Below are positions 1-8,327 of a stretch of DNA of 64,000 nt, in pieces. How positions within the stretch are numbered: position 1 is the first letter of the stretch; each line of letters starts with the position of its first letter. Made by a program: the position numbers and the translations under genes. The notes under the pieces are model-generated. The model did no database searches and was not told where the DNA came from. It was given only the letters and a program-made list of their open reading frames with translations. This DNA is from Escherichia phage BEU50: the sequence record OM632671.1. The stretch is one strand, 5' to 3'.

Positions 1-189
1 ACCGAAGAAGTTATTCGCAACCGCCACCCTGAAGTTCGTATCGATTCAGTACAAGATTCCAAGTTCTGGACAACTGAGCTTAATCTGAGCGGCCCTTATG
101 AAGCTGTTAAGAAGTTCATGGTTGAAGAATACTGCGAAGGCATGCACCCCGAAGACGCCAAGTTTTATGTCAATTTGATTAAAAAATAA
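1..189 (+). CDS. 3' end of an upstream gene (partial, hypothetical)
   Basis: Open frame from position 1 to TAA at 187-189; no recognisable motif. Confidence 0.4.
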   Translation, partial: TEEVIRNRHPEVRIDSVQDSKFWTTELNLSGPYEAVKKFMVEEYCEGMHPEDAKFYVNLIKK

Positions 190-218
190 TTTACAAACTC
201 TTGAGAGCAGAGTATAAT
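189..218 (+). promoter_or_regulatory. sigma70-type early promoter (-35 TTTACA, -10 TATAAT), copy A of a duplicated cassette
   Basis: TATAAT at 213-218; short inverted repeat GAGAGC/GCTCTC flanks the -10. Confidence 0.5.
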
Positions 219-237
219 GCTCTCGTTGGATAATAAA
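192..237 (+). repeat. 46-bp promoter-leader cassette, copy A (second copy at 26356..26401)
   Basis: 43 of 46 nt identical between copies. Confidence 0.6.
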
Positions 238-259
238 CCACCAATTGAAAGGTAATAAT

Positions 260-853
260 ATGAACACACTGAAGAAACTTGTTGAATTCATCCGCACTAA
301 ACTGGGTACTGCTATGGCTAAAAATCTGACTGTCGAAGAACAGTATAACGCAGCTGCAGATAAGTTGATTACCCAAATCAAAGAACTAAAAACGGCTTCT
401 GTTAAATCTATTAATGAAGAAAAACGTATTCGCGAACTTGTTAATGAAAAGAACAAGCAAGCCGCTTCTAAGGAACGTGAAATTCGTAAGCTCCTTGCTG
501 AAGGACAAGATGTTACTATGCATGCTAAGCTTGGTCTTCTGTATCGTCGAACTGCCGAACAACTTAATACAAAGGCTGACGGGTATGCCGCTATGCGAAT
601 TGAAATTGCTCGTAAGGTGGTTGAACTTGACGATGCTCGTCAGAACCTGGCAATCAAACTCGAATACATTCGTGAAACTCGAGCAGCCAATGCCCTTGGT
701 ATCTCTACGGCCGATGATGTAATTGAAATAGCTGCACTGACTAAGGTTGATATCGAAGACACTCTGACTCGTGTTGAAACGTTCAATGGCACTCCAGCCG
801 GCGTCGAAACCACTTCTGCTGATGTACAAGAATATATTAACTCTTTGAAATAA
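260..853 (+). CDS. hypothetical protein, predicted coiled-coil (197 aa)
   Basis: ATG 260 after GAAAGG; ORF-track start at 245 is TTG; charged heptad-like sequence. Confidence 0.55.
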   Translation: MNTLKKLVEFIRTKLGTAMAKNLTVEEQYNAAADKLITQIKELKTASVKSINEEKRIRELVNEKNKQAASKEREIRKLLAEGQDVTMHAKLGLLYRRTAEQLNTKADGYAAMRIEIARKVVELDDARQNLAIKLEYIRETRAANALGISTADDVIEIAALTKVDIEDTLTRVETFNGTPAGVETTSADVQEYINSLK

Positions 854-861
854 AATAATAC

Positions 862-883
862 GGAGGACTCCGGTCCTCCTTTT
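862..883 (+). terminator. rho-independent terminator hairpin
   Basis: GGAGGAC-tccg-GTCCTCC followed by TTTT. Confidence 0.6.
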
Positions 884-902
884 GGATAATAAAGGAGTTA
901 AC

Positions 903-1385
903 ATGCGAAACCAAAATAATGATATTGACTCAATGTTCGAAGAGTTCCGAGATAAGGTAAATCCACCTACGTCTTTAGTTGATTCATTACGATATGTTGC
1001 AACTGGACGTAAATGGTACTGGTCGTCTTCTTATGAGACCACCGAGAAAACGGCTAGCCATAGCAGAAAATCTTTATTAGCCCCAGGTATTATGATTCAT
1101 GATATCGGAGCTATTGCTAAACTAGTTGCAGACCATGATATTAGATTCACCGATTTCGTTGCTCCTACATGGTCTGTTTGTTGTTTAAACACTGAATGGG
1201 AAGCTCCAGATCGTACTCTTCTTCAGTTTGATTGGCAAACATGGCACACTGGTTCTCGTGCAATTAGTAACGGATGGCGTTGGTTCGGACGTGTATCTCG
1301 TAATACAGACCGAGTTAAAAAGATTACCAATGAAATTCGTGTCAATGCCCAAGTTTATCTGGAATTCCCTATGGAAGGTTGGTAA
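903..1385 (+). CDS. hypothetical protein (160 aa)
   Basis: ATG 903 after AAAGGAG; ORF-track start 882 is TTG. Confidence 0.5.
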   Translation: MRNQNNDIDSMFEEFRDKVNPPTSLVDSLRYVATGRKWYWSSSYETTEKTASHSRKSLLAPGIMIHDIGAIAKLVADHDIRFTDFVAPTWSVCCLNTEWEAPDRTLLQFDWQTWHTGSRAISNGWRWFGRVSRNTDRVKKITNEIRVNAQVYLEFPMEGW

Positions 1386-1876
1386 TGATTAACAAAACAT
1401 ATTGGTCTAATATAGACGATGGCGACGAAGGTATTTCGTATTATTCGGTAGATTGGACAGGATGTCCATCCTACTTAGTGAAACATATTTGCCAAGAATT
1501 TAAAATCGACCAGCCAGCAGGTATTATTGTGAACAGATACATTAATGGATATCAACCTATCGATGAAGTAATACGAACAACTCAAGCTGAGCTTGAAAAG
1601 TTTTTCAATAAGTGTCAATGGATAACAGGATGGATTATATTTGTACCGTCGGTATGGTTTTTTAGTACTAAAGTAAGTGCCTTTGCTGTACTAGATATTA
1701 TCGCTATCTTATTAGCATCTACTATCGTAAGTATTATTGGTGGTATTATTGGTGGAGGTACTATAGGCATCATTATTAATCTTGTTAAAAGTAGTTTACA
1801 AGAACATAAAGACAAGATAAAAGCCAAGAATAATGAAGTTGAACGTTTTATTACCGAATGCAGGAATTTGAGATGA
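1385..1876 (+). CDS. hypothetical membrane protein (163 aa)
   Basis: ATG overlaps upstream stop (TAATG); hydrophobic Gly/Ile-rich segment. Confidence 0.5.
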   Translation: MINKTYWSNIDDGDEGISYYSVDWTGCPSYLVKHICQEFKIDQPAGIIVNRYINGYQPIDEVIRTTQAELEKFFNKCQWITGWIIFVPSVWFFSTKVSAFAVLDIIAILLASTIVSIIGGIIGGGTIGIIINLVKSSLQEHKDKIKAKNNEVERFITECRNLR

Positions 1877-2109
1877 GTATAGCAATTTACATTAAATCAG
1901 AATCATGTGATAGTTATCTGTACACATATGATAAAGATGTGTCAGAAGAAAAAATCAAAGACGACCTTAATATGGACCTTGATATGTTCTGTCCTATTGC
2001 AGATTACAAACTTGCGGTCTCTAATAGTGAAAGTCCATCTAAAGAAACGCGCATTGAAGAATTTATGTCCGAATTAATGGCCAAATCATGGGACCGAGAT
2101 GATGAGTAA
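1873..2109 (+). CDS. hypothetical protein (78 aa)
   Basis: ATGA start/stop overlap with upstream ORF. Confidence 0.4.
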   Translation: MSIAIYIKSESCDSYLYTYDKDVSEEKIKDDLNMDLDMFCPIADYKLAVSNSESPSKETRIEEFMSELMAKSWDRDDE

Positions 2110-2557
2110 GAAAAATAAAGTGAAAGAACTATCAGCCGGTATTATTTTCCTTACCGAAGATAAAGAATTATTCATGGGGCGTGTAACTGGTTCTCGTCCT
2201 AAAGGTGCATTAGCTCATCGGTGGGATATTCCTAAAGGCCGTGTCGAACCTGGCGAATCTCCTATCGAAGCCGCTATTCGTGAATGCGAAGAAGAAACTG
2301 GGTTTACACAATATGACCCTGCCTTCCTGAAAGACCTAGGCGAACATCATTACTCAGACAATAAGAATATTCATCTGTTCCTATATACCATCCCTGTAGA
2401 GCACGAGCAATTCAGAAACAGTGTTTGTAATTCCTATCATACATTCCCAGACGGACGACAGATTCCTGAATTTGATGCATTCGCTTTAATTAAACCTTCT
2501 CAATGGGAATATGTAATGGGCAAATCATTATATAAGGTGCTCACCACCCTCCTATAA
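2099..2557 (+). CDS. nudE: Nudix hydrolase
   Basis: Nudix box GRVEPGESPIEAAIRECEEETGF; sits immediately upstream of e as in T4. Confidence 0.85.
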   Translation: MMSKKNKVKELSAGIIFLTEDKELFMGRVTGSRPKGALAHRWDIPKGRVEPGESPIEAAIRECEEETGFTQYDPAFLKDLGEHHYSDNKNIHLFLYTIPVEHEQFRNSVCNSYHTFPDGRQIPEFDAFALIKPSQWEYVMGKSLYKVLTTLL

Positions 2558-2565
2558 GTAATAAA

Positions 2566-2589
2566 TACCTCCTATAAACGTGGGAGGTA
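2566..2589 (+). promoter_or_regulatory. hairpin sequestering the e ribosome-binding site
   Basis: TACCTCC (2566-2572) pairs with GGAGGTA (2583-2589); loop TATAAACGT. Confidence 0.45.
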
Positions 2590-2591
2590 TT

Positions 2592-3080
2592 ATGAATATA
2601 TTTGAAATGCTTCGTAATGACGAAGGTCTTAGACTGACTTTATACAAAGACACCGAAGGCTTTTGGACGATTGGCATAGGCCATTTAGTAACAAAGAACC
2701 CGTCTTTAGCCGTAGCTAAAGCTGAACTTGACAGAATGATCGGACGTAAATGCAACGGTACAATTACCCTTGATGAGGCTGAAAAGCTATTTAATGAAGA
2801 CGTTGATAAAGCCGTTCGCGGAATCTTGGGTAATGCTAAACTTAAACCGGTATATGATTCTTTAGATGCGGTTCGTCGTTGTGCATTGGTCAATATGGTC
2901 TTCCAAATGGGTGTAGCAGGCGTCGCCGGTTTTACTAATTCTCTTCGTATGCTTCAACAGAAACGTTGGGATGAAGCGGCAGTAAATCTAGCCCAATCTA
3001 AATGGTATCGTCAGACACCTAATCGCGCGAAACGTGTAATCTCAACATTTAAAACAGGAACTTGGAAAGCGTATATATGA
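2592..3080 (+). CDS. e: lysozyme (endolysin)
   Basis: MNIFEMLR...GIGHL...[13 protein letters not shown] matches T4 lysozyme along its length; ORF-track start 2580 is GTG. Confidence 0.95.
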   Translation: MNIFEMLRNDEGLRLTLYKDTEGFWTIGIGHLVTKNPSLAVAKAELDRMIGRKCNGTITLDEAEKLFNEDVDKAVRGILGNAKLKPVYDSLDAVRRCALVNMVFQMGVAGVAGFTNSLRMLQQKRWDEAAVNLAQSKWYRQTPNRAKRVISTFKTGTWKAYI

Positions 3081-3358
3081 AAACATATAGTGAATTTTTA
3101 TCAGAATCTATTCTTAACGAAGCTACTGACACATTTGCAACTAAGCTAGGTGCAGCTTTGGTTGAAGCTGAAAGTCTATTAGCACGTATTTCTGAACTTG
3201 CTAGTAAGATAGATACTCGCAAATTTGAACGTACCAGCGATATCGCTAAGCTTGAAGCTTTGTTACGTATGTGCGATAAACCGGAAGAAATCGCTAAGAA
3301 CGGCTCGTTAATGAAACAACGTCTTGAAAAATATATTTCAGGCGCTTCAGAAAAATAG
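3077..3358 (+). CDS. internal-protein-like protein with capsid targeting sequence
   Basis: N-terminus [10 protein letters not shown] resembles T4 IP targeting sequence MKTYQEFIAE; ATG overlaps e stop (ATGA). Confidence 0.55.
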   Translation: MKTYSEFLSESILNEATDTFATKLGAALVEAESLLARISELASKIDTRKFERTSDIAKLEALLRMCDKPEEIAKNGSLMKQRLEKYISGASEK

Positions 3359-3359
3359 T

Positions 3360-3412
3360 GTTTACTTCCTCCAAGGACTTTGATACTATACATTCATCAA
3401 CTACTTGGAGGA
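3360..3412 (+). promoter_or_regulatory. early promoter inside inverted repeat (upstream of denV)
   Basis: GTTTAC 3360-3365; arms TCCTCCAAG (3367-3375) and CTTGGAGGA (3404-3412), distal arm is the SD. Confidence 0.5.
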
Positions 3413-3416
3413 AATT

Positions 3417-3830
3417 ATGACTCGTATCAATTTAACACTTGTTTCTGAACTGACTGACCAACATCTTATGGCTGAGTATCGTGAATTACCACGCGTATTT
3501 GGTGCAGTCCGTAAACATGTTCAAAACGGTAAACGTGTAAAGGATTTTAAAATCTCTCCAACATTTATCTTAGGCACAGGTCACGTAACATTCTTTTACG
3601 ACAAACTCGAATTTTTACGTTTACGTCAAATCGAGCTAATCGCTGAATGTTTGAAACGTGGTTTCAAAATCAAGGACACGACAGTCCAGGATATTTCCGA
3701 CATCCCTGCCGAATTTCGTAATAATTATGTCCCGTCCGAAGCGTCCATTGCGATAAGTCAAGCACGCTTAGATGAAAAAATTGCTCAACGTCCGACTTGG
3801 TACAAATACTATGGTAAATCAATTTACTAA
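3417..3830 (+). CDS. denV: endonuclease V, pyrimidine-dimer DNA glycosylase
   Basis: [12 protein letters not shown]...[11 protein letters not shown] matches T4 DenV; ORF-track start 3405 is TTG. Confidence 0.95.
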   Translation: MTRINLTLVSELTDQHLMAEYRELPRVFGAVRKHVQNGKRVKDFKISPTFILGTGHVTFFYDKLEFLRLRQIELIAECLKRGFKIKDTTVQDISDIPAEFRNNYVPSEASIAISQARLDEKIAQRPTWYKYYGKSIY

Positions 3831-3836
3831 GGAAAA

Positions 3837-4097
3837 ATGAAAATGTATCAAGAATTTATCATTGAAGCAGATGCCAAAGGTCCTAAATTTAAAGTTAAAG
3901 CTTTCATTGGTGATGCGGAAGACTTTGGCTCATTAAAACGTAATGGGTATTCTTTCTTAGGTGGCGATGGTAAAGAAATCAACACCTATGCAAAACGTAG
4001 TGAAATTGCTTATGTTGTAGCAAGTCCTAAAGTAGATGTTGACGATATTGGATATGATTTTAACAACTTCGGAATTATTTCTGGCGGTAAAGCTTAA
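3837..4097 (+). CDS. internal-protein-like protein with capsid targeting sequence
   Basis: N-terminus MKMYQEFIIE. Confidence 0.6.
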   Translation: MKMYQEFIIEADAKGPKFKVKAFIGDAEDFGSLKRNGYSFLGGDGKEINTYAKRSEIAYVVASPKVDVDDIGYDFNNFGIISGGKA

Positions 4098-4100
4098 ATT

Positions 4101-4130
4101 GTTTACGCTTAAGTATTAATATGGTATAAT
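4101..4130 (+). promoter_or_regulatory. early promoter
   Basis: GTTTAC 4101-4106, TATAAT 4125-4130. Confidence 0.5.
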
Positions 4131-4160
4131 TACTCTATCAAAACAAACAAGGAAACAAAA

Positions 4161-4475
4161 ATGAAAACGTATAAAGAATTTATTGCAGAATCCGCCAACC
4201 AACGCGTTGAAGGTGGTTATATTTGGATTGAACAAGTTGAGCCACCGAGCCGCACTTCTACAGGTAAATGGAAAATTACTGTTGACGGTCCTGGTGGTAA
4301 ACGTAGGACTCTTAAAGAAATTAATGGGTACTATGAAGAAGCTCTTTCGGATGCAGGAACTTACATGATGCAAATCATGATTAAAAACCCTGAAAACCGT
4401 TTTGCAGCTAAAGTCTTCCGTCGTATTGGTAATAAACTTTATGATGCATACTCTAAAAACTTCCCTAAAGAATAA
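4161..4475 (+). CDS. internal-protein-like protein with capsid targeting sequence
   Basis: N-terminus MKTYKEFIAE. Confidence 0.65.
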   Translation: MKTYKEFIAESANQRVEGGYIWIEQVEPPSRTSTGKWKITVDGPGGKRRTLKEINGYYEEALSDAGTYMMQIMIKNPENRFAAKVFRRIGNKLYDAYSKNFPKE

Positions 4476-4500
4476 CATAAATTAAAACAATAGGAACAAA

Positions 4501-4830
4501 ATGAAAACATATCAGGAGTTTATCACTGAAGTTACATTATCTGCGGAACAGAAAGCTGCTATCGAAGAAGGTAAAAATCCCAAAGTAACATACAAAGTAA
4601 ATAGTAAAGGCGTTTTTGATGGCTTGGTTCAAGACCCTGAATTGAAAAAAGCTCTTTCTAAAACTAATGCGTACTTTGCTCCTAAATTTAACACAGCCGG
4701 TGTACTTATTGGATTGGATGTATTCAACTCTAAAGGTGTTCTATCTAATGCCTTTGGTTATGCCGCTAACAAAATTACCAAAGCCGCATGGGAATCCAAT
4801 ACCAAACAAGCTCAAAAGCCTAGAGTATAA
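4501..4830 (+). CDS. internal-protein-like protein with capsid targeting sequence
   Basis: N-terminus MKTYQEFITE. Confidence 0.65.
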   Translation: MKTYQEFITEVTLSAEQKAAIEEGKNPKVTYKVNSKGVFDGLVQDPELKKALSKTNAYFAPKFNTAGVLIGLDVFNSKGVLSNAFGYAANKITKAAWESNTKQAQKPRV

Positions 4831-5003
4831 TTCTTGCCTAATAAAGGGAAACGCAACCTCTCCTCATGAACGTCGAGTCCTCTGAGTGATGTACCTTTTC
4901 CAACCTGTAATAAGGTCGAGCGCAATGCGGTAATGGGTTTACATAGCGAGTCGAAGGACCTAACATGTGCCACGGAATGGCCCCAACCTAAAAGAGAAAC
5001 TAA

Positions 5004-5543
5004 ATGAGAACATTTTTAACTGGACCTTATCTATCCCTGATGAATGCTTTTACACACCATTCTGATGCTAGAGTAGAAGAAATTTGTAAGAACGGTTATA
5101 TCCCACCGTTTGAAGACGTACTCAAGCAGTACTGTACACTTCGTTTAGACGGCGGCAGACAATCAGGTAAATCGACCGCAGTAACTAATTTTGCTGCTAA
5201 TTGGCTGTATGACGGTGGAACAGTTATTGTTCTTTCTAATACTTCAGCTTACGCTAAAATTTCTGCAAATAACATTAAAAAGGAATTTTCTCGTTATTCT
5301 AGCGATGATATTCGATTCCGTTTATTTACTGATTCTGTTCGTAGTTTTATTGGCAATGAAGGTTCTAAATTCCGTGGATTAACGCTTTCTCGTATTCTGT
5401 ATATAATTGACGAGCCTATTAAAGCTCCTGATATGGATAAGATTTACAATGTCCACATTAAAACAGTACAGCACTGCTGCAAAAGCAAATATTGCATCGG
5501 CGGTAATGCTCGTCCTCAATTTTTTGTGATTGGAATGCAATGA
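5004..5543 (+). CDS. hypothetical protein with P-loop-like motif (179 aa)
   Basis: GGRQSGKST motif. Confidence 0.5.
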   Translation: MRTFLTGPYLSLMNAFTHHSDARVEEICKNGYIPPFEDVLKQYCTLRLDGGRQSGKSTAVTNFAANWLYDGGTVIVLSNTSAYAKISANNIKKEFSRYSSDDIRFRLFTDSVRSFIGNEGSKFRGLTLSRILYIIDEPIKAPDMDKIYNVHIKTVQHCCKSKYCIGGNARPQFFVIGMQ

Positions 5544-5848
5544 TGACCACTATTGAAGTTTTTGAGTATTGTTATAACAGCCCAGTATGCAATAAAAGGG
5601 CTCTTGTAGAAAATTATGAGATTTACCATTTTAAACCTAAACGATATCGTTTGACTAAAGGTCCGTTCGCAGGGCAGCAGGTTCTTTGTACTGCTCCTAA
5701 TGCACGGTTGATGACTAGTATTCCGCATTTCAAAATGGAATTTATTGATGGGCCATTTAAGGGATTAATCACTCAAAGTTTAATGGCGTTTAATTCCGAC
5801 CCATTTTTGATTAAAGAAAAATCTTGGATAAATTTATTTTCTAATTGA
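5540..5848 (+). CDS. hypothetical protein (102 aa)
   Basis: ATGATGA overlap with upstream stop. Confidence 0.45.
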   Translation: MMTTIEVFEYCYNSPVCNKRALVENYEIYHFKPKRYRLTKGPFAGQQVLCTAPNARLMTSIPHFKMEFIDGPFKGLITQSLMAFNSDPFLIKEKSWINLFSN

Positions 5849-5854
5849 GGTTAT

Positions 5855-6217
5855 ATGAAAGCATATCAAATTCTTGAAGGTGCACATAAAGGCACTATTT
5901 ATTTTGAAGACAGTACTCAAGCCCGGATTATTGTCTCTAAGACTTTTAAAGAAGACGCTATTGTAGACCCGGAAATTTTCTACGGTTTGCATGCTCGTGA
6001 AATTGAAATTGAACATCAACCTAAAGTTAAAATTGAAGGTGGTCAACACCTGAACGTTAACGTTCTGCGTCGTGAAACTCTGGAAGATGCAGTTAAGCAT
6101 CCGGAAAAATATCCGCAGCTGACCATCCGTGTATCCGGATATGCAGTTCGCTTTAACTCTCTGACTCCGGAACAGCAGCGCGACGTTATCGCTCGTACCT
6201 TTACTGAGAGTCTATAA
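5855..6217 (+). CDS. autonomous glycyl radical cofactor (GrcA/YfiD-like)
   Basis: C-terminal [59 protein letters not shown] with RVSGY glycyl-radical motif. Confidence 0.85.
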   Translation: MKAYQILEGAHKGTIYFEDSTQARIIVSKTFKEDAIVDPEIFYGLHAREIEIEHQPKVKIEGGQHLNVNVLRRETLEDAVKHPEKYPQLTIRVSGYAVRFNSLTPEQQRDVIARTFTESL

Positions 6218-6441
6218 TGGCTAAATTGATTATAGAAGGGTCTGAAGATGTTTTAAAATGTTTTGCCGCCTGGTTTAGTTGCTCAGGCGAGCAATCATTC
6301 ATTGAAGCATTTAGAATGGGTGATATTACTGGAAACTATCCGACAACTGATATCACTGTACATGGATATGGTATTAATGAGCCTATCCAATTGGTCGAAT
6401 ATGACCTTGCCACCGATGAGGAAATTCCTTATGTCGATTGA
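6217..6441 (+). CDS. hypothetical protein (74 aa)
   Basis: ORF track. Confidence 0.45.
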   Translation: MAKLIIEGSEDVLKCFAAWFSCSGEQSFIEAFRMGDITGNYPTTDITVHGYGINEPIQLVEYDLATDEEIPYVD

Positions 6442-6697
6442 AGACATCAAAGGCTACAAGCCGCATACCGATGATAAAATCGGTAAAGTGAACGCTATTA
6501 AAGATGCTGAAGTCCGTCTTGGATTGATGTTTGATGCTCTGATTGAAGAAGCATATATCTTGAAAGAAAATGAAACAGAGCAACAAACCAAAGAAGATAT
6601 GGATGCAGTGCAGGCTCTTAAGTATGCTAAGCAACATCTAAAAGAAGCCAGCATGTGGGCATGTCGTGCGGTATTTCGACCTGAGGAAAAATACTAA
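6431..6697 (+). CDS. hypothetical protein (88 aa)
   Basis: Start moved to ATG 6431, which overlaps the upstream stop. Confidence 0.45.
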   Translation: MSIEDIKGYKPHTDDKIGKVNAIKDAEVRLGLMFDALIEEAYILKENETEQQTKEDMDAVQALKYAKQHLKEASMWACRAVFRPEEKY

Positions 6698-6912
6698 TGG
6701 CTTCTACTATTACTGGGTTATTGGACTTCCAAGAAAAGGTCAACAAAATTTGTAGTGAATACTTAAAGTATCTTGAAGAAGACCTTGAAGATTGTAAGGA
6801 AGAAGGCGAAGAAGACTATGCTGACCAGCGTCGCCGCCAAATCGAAGAGATGAGGCATTTCGCCAATATGGTATCTAAAGAATCTTGGGCTTTAACTCCG
6901 TTTTATCAATAA
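6697..6912 (+). CDS. hypothetical acidic protein (71 aa)
   Basis: TAATG overlap. Confidence 0.45.
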   Translation: MASTITGLLDFQEKVNKICSEYLKYLEEDLEDCKEEGEEDYADQRRRQIEEMRHFANMVSKESWALTPFYQ

Positions 6913-6916
6913 AGTA

Positions 6917-6967
6917 GTTTACTTCTCCTCTAGTTGTGTTACTATAGACCTGTCAACTAGAGGAGAA
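6917..6967 (+). promoter_or_regulatory. early promoter inside 14-bp inverted repeat (upstream of regB)
   Basis: GTTTAC 6917-6922; arms TTCTCCTCTAGTTG (6923-6936) and CAACTAGAGGAGAA (6954-6967). Confidence 0.55.
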
Positions 6968-6973
6968 ATCAAA

Positions 6974-7432
6974 ATGACTATCAATTCGGAAGTTTTTATC
7001 CGCCGTAATAAACTCCGTCGAATCTTTGAAACGGAGTTCCGCAAAATAAATGCCAGTATAAAAGACGCTGCAAAGTCTCTTGGACTACCAGGCTTTCATA
7101 TCAAGTATTCTCAACATCTCTTAGATCGTGCTATCCAGAGAGAAATAGATGAGAATTACGTTTTTGAATTATTTCGTAAAGTAAAAAATCATGTTAAAGA
7201 AGTTGCAGAATTTTTATCAATGCCGGCACGTCCAGATGTTGATGAAGATTTTGTCGAAGGTGTCGAATATCGCCCGGGCCGTTTAGAAATAACTGATGGA
7301 AATCTTTGGTTGGGACTTACAGTTTGTCGCGAAAATCCGGCATTCAAAATGAAGACTCTTCAATGCAGAATGGCTATTATTAACAGTAAACGACTACCAG
7401 GAAAAGCTTCTAAAGCAGTGATTAAAATCTAG
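6974..7432 (+). CDS. regB: RegB site-specific endoribonuclease
   Basis: MTINSEVFIRRNKLRR...YSQHLLDRAIQREIDE matches T4 RegB. Confidence 0.9.
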   Translation: MTINSEVFIRRNKLRRIFETEFRKINASIKDAAKSLGLPGFHIKYSQHLLDRAIQREIDENYVFELFRKVKNHVKEVAEFLSMPARPDVDEDFVEGVEYRPGRLEITDGNLWLGLTVCRENPAFKMKTLQCRMAIINSKRLPGKASKAVIKI

Positions 7433-7440
7433 AGGTAAAC

Positions 7441-7983
7441 ATGAGAAAAGCACTACTCGCTGGTCTATTTGCTCTTTCATTATCAGCACATAGCTCCGAG
7501 CATACTTTTAGTAATGTCCAACTCGATAACTTGAATTATGCTTATCAGTTTGGGGAACAGTTTTCTAAGGACGGAAAATTTAAAACGCATGAAAATATGC
7601 ATAAGAAAGGACTTGGATACATAATGGCCGCAATACTATGGCAGGAATCATCTGCCGGTATTAATCTTAAAGATAAGAAAGGTCACCATGCGTATGGAAT
7701 GTTCCAAAATTATCTACCAACAATGAGGGCAAGAATTAACCAGCTTGGTTATAATATGACTGATGCCCAAATTAAGAAAATGCTATCTAAGCGGTCTAAT
7801 TCAACCAGATGGGCTTATATCGAATTTTCTTATTGGTTAAATATACATAACGGGGATATAAGAAAAGCTATATCCTCATATAATGCGGGATGGAAGACAA
7901 GCGCTGGAAGTAAATATGCTTCTGAAGTCCTAGAAAAGGCTAATTACCTTAAATCAAATAAACTACTGGAAATAAAAGAATGA
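7441..7983 (+). CDS. secreted lytic-transglycosylase-like protein (SLT domain)
   Basis: Signal peptide; ILWQESS catalytic-Glu context and YNAG motif. Confidence 0.55.
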   Translation: MRKALLAGLFALSLSAHSSEHTFSNVQLDNLNYAYQFGEQFSKDGKFKTHENMHKKGLGYIMAAILWQESSAGINLKDKKGHHAYGMFQNYLPTMRARINQLGYNMTDAQIKKMLSKRSNSTRWAYIEFSYWLNIHNGDIRKAISSYNAGWKTSAGSKYASEVLEKANYLKSNKLLEIKE

Positions 7984-8327
7984 CCAAAATGTTGGCTTTA
8001 ATAGTTGGCTTGGTTTCATTTAACGCTCTTGCTAATACTACATATACTGATGTAACGGAGTATACAAACAGAACGGCGTCTGATTATTGTGGTAAAAGTC
8101 AAGAGTGTAAAGTAGATTTTTCACAAAAATTGTTATATGCGTATAAAGACGGAGAAAAAGATGGGGCGTCTAGTAGGTTCAAGGCGTCTACCTTAATTAA
8201 AAGATACTATAAAAAATGGCAAATATTAGAATGCTCTGTGGCGGAACCTAAAGATAAGGCAGCATGCAATTCTATGGTGGACCGTCTAGTTGACTCTTAT
8301 ACTAGAGGACTTGCAGCAAGTGATTAA
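7980..8327 (+). CDS. secreted hypothetical protein (115 aa)
   Basis: N-terminal signal-peptide-like segment, several Cys. Confidence 0.5.
   Translation: MTKMLALIVGLVSFNALANTTYTDVTEYTNRTASDYCGKSQECKVDFSQKLLYAYKDGEKDGASSRFKASTLIKRYYKKWQILECSVAEPKDKAACNSMVDRLVDSYTRGLAASD

Noticed and set aside
46-904. Minus-strand ORFs 46..456, 191..376 and 386..904 overlapping plus-strand genes
   Set aside because: They are antisense to a continuous string of plus-strand genes with promoters and ribosome-binding sites, have no SD of their own, and look like typical shadow ORFs. The same applies to most other minus-strand ORFs in the track (for example 36451..37044, 37957..38397, 47893..48258, 58141..58530).
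2559-2580. Late promoter upstream of e (TAATAAATA at 2559-2567 and TATAAACG at 2573-2580)
   Set aside because: Neither matches the strict TATAAATA late consensus, so I report only the RBS-sequestering hairpin and not a late promoter.
4831-5003. Possible tRNA gene in the GC-rich intergenic segment
   Set aside because: I could not fold a cloverleaf: no GTTCRANNC T-loop flanked by a 5-bp stem and no matching 7-bp acceptor stem. It is kept as an unexplained non-coding segment rather than called as a tRNA.
6263-6430. N-terminal extension of ORF 6263..6697 in the ORF track
   Set aside because: It overlaps the preceding ORF by 180 nt in another frame; the ATG at 6431 overlaps the upstream stop, which is the usual coupled arrangement here, so the shorter gene is preferred.
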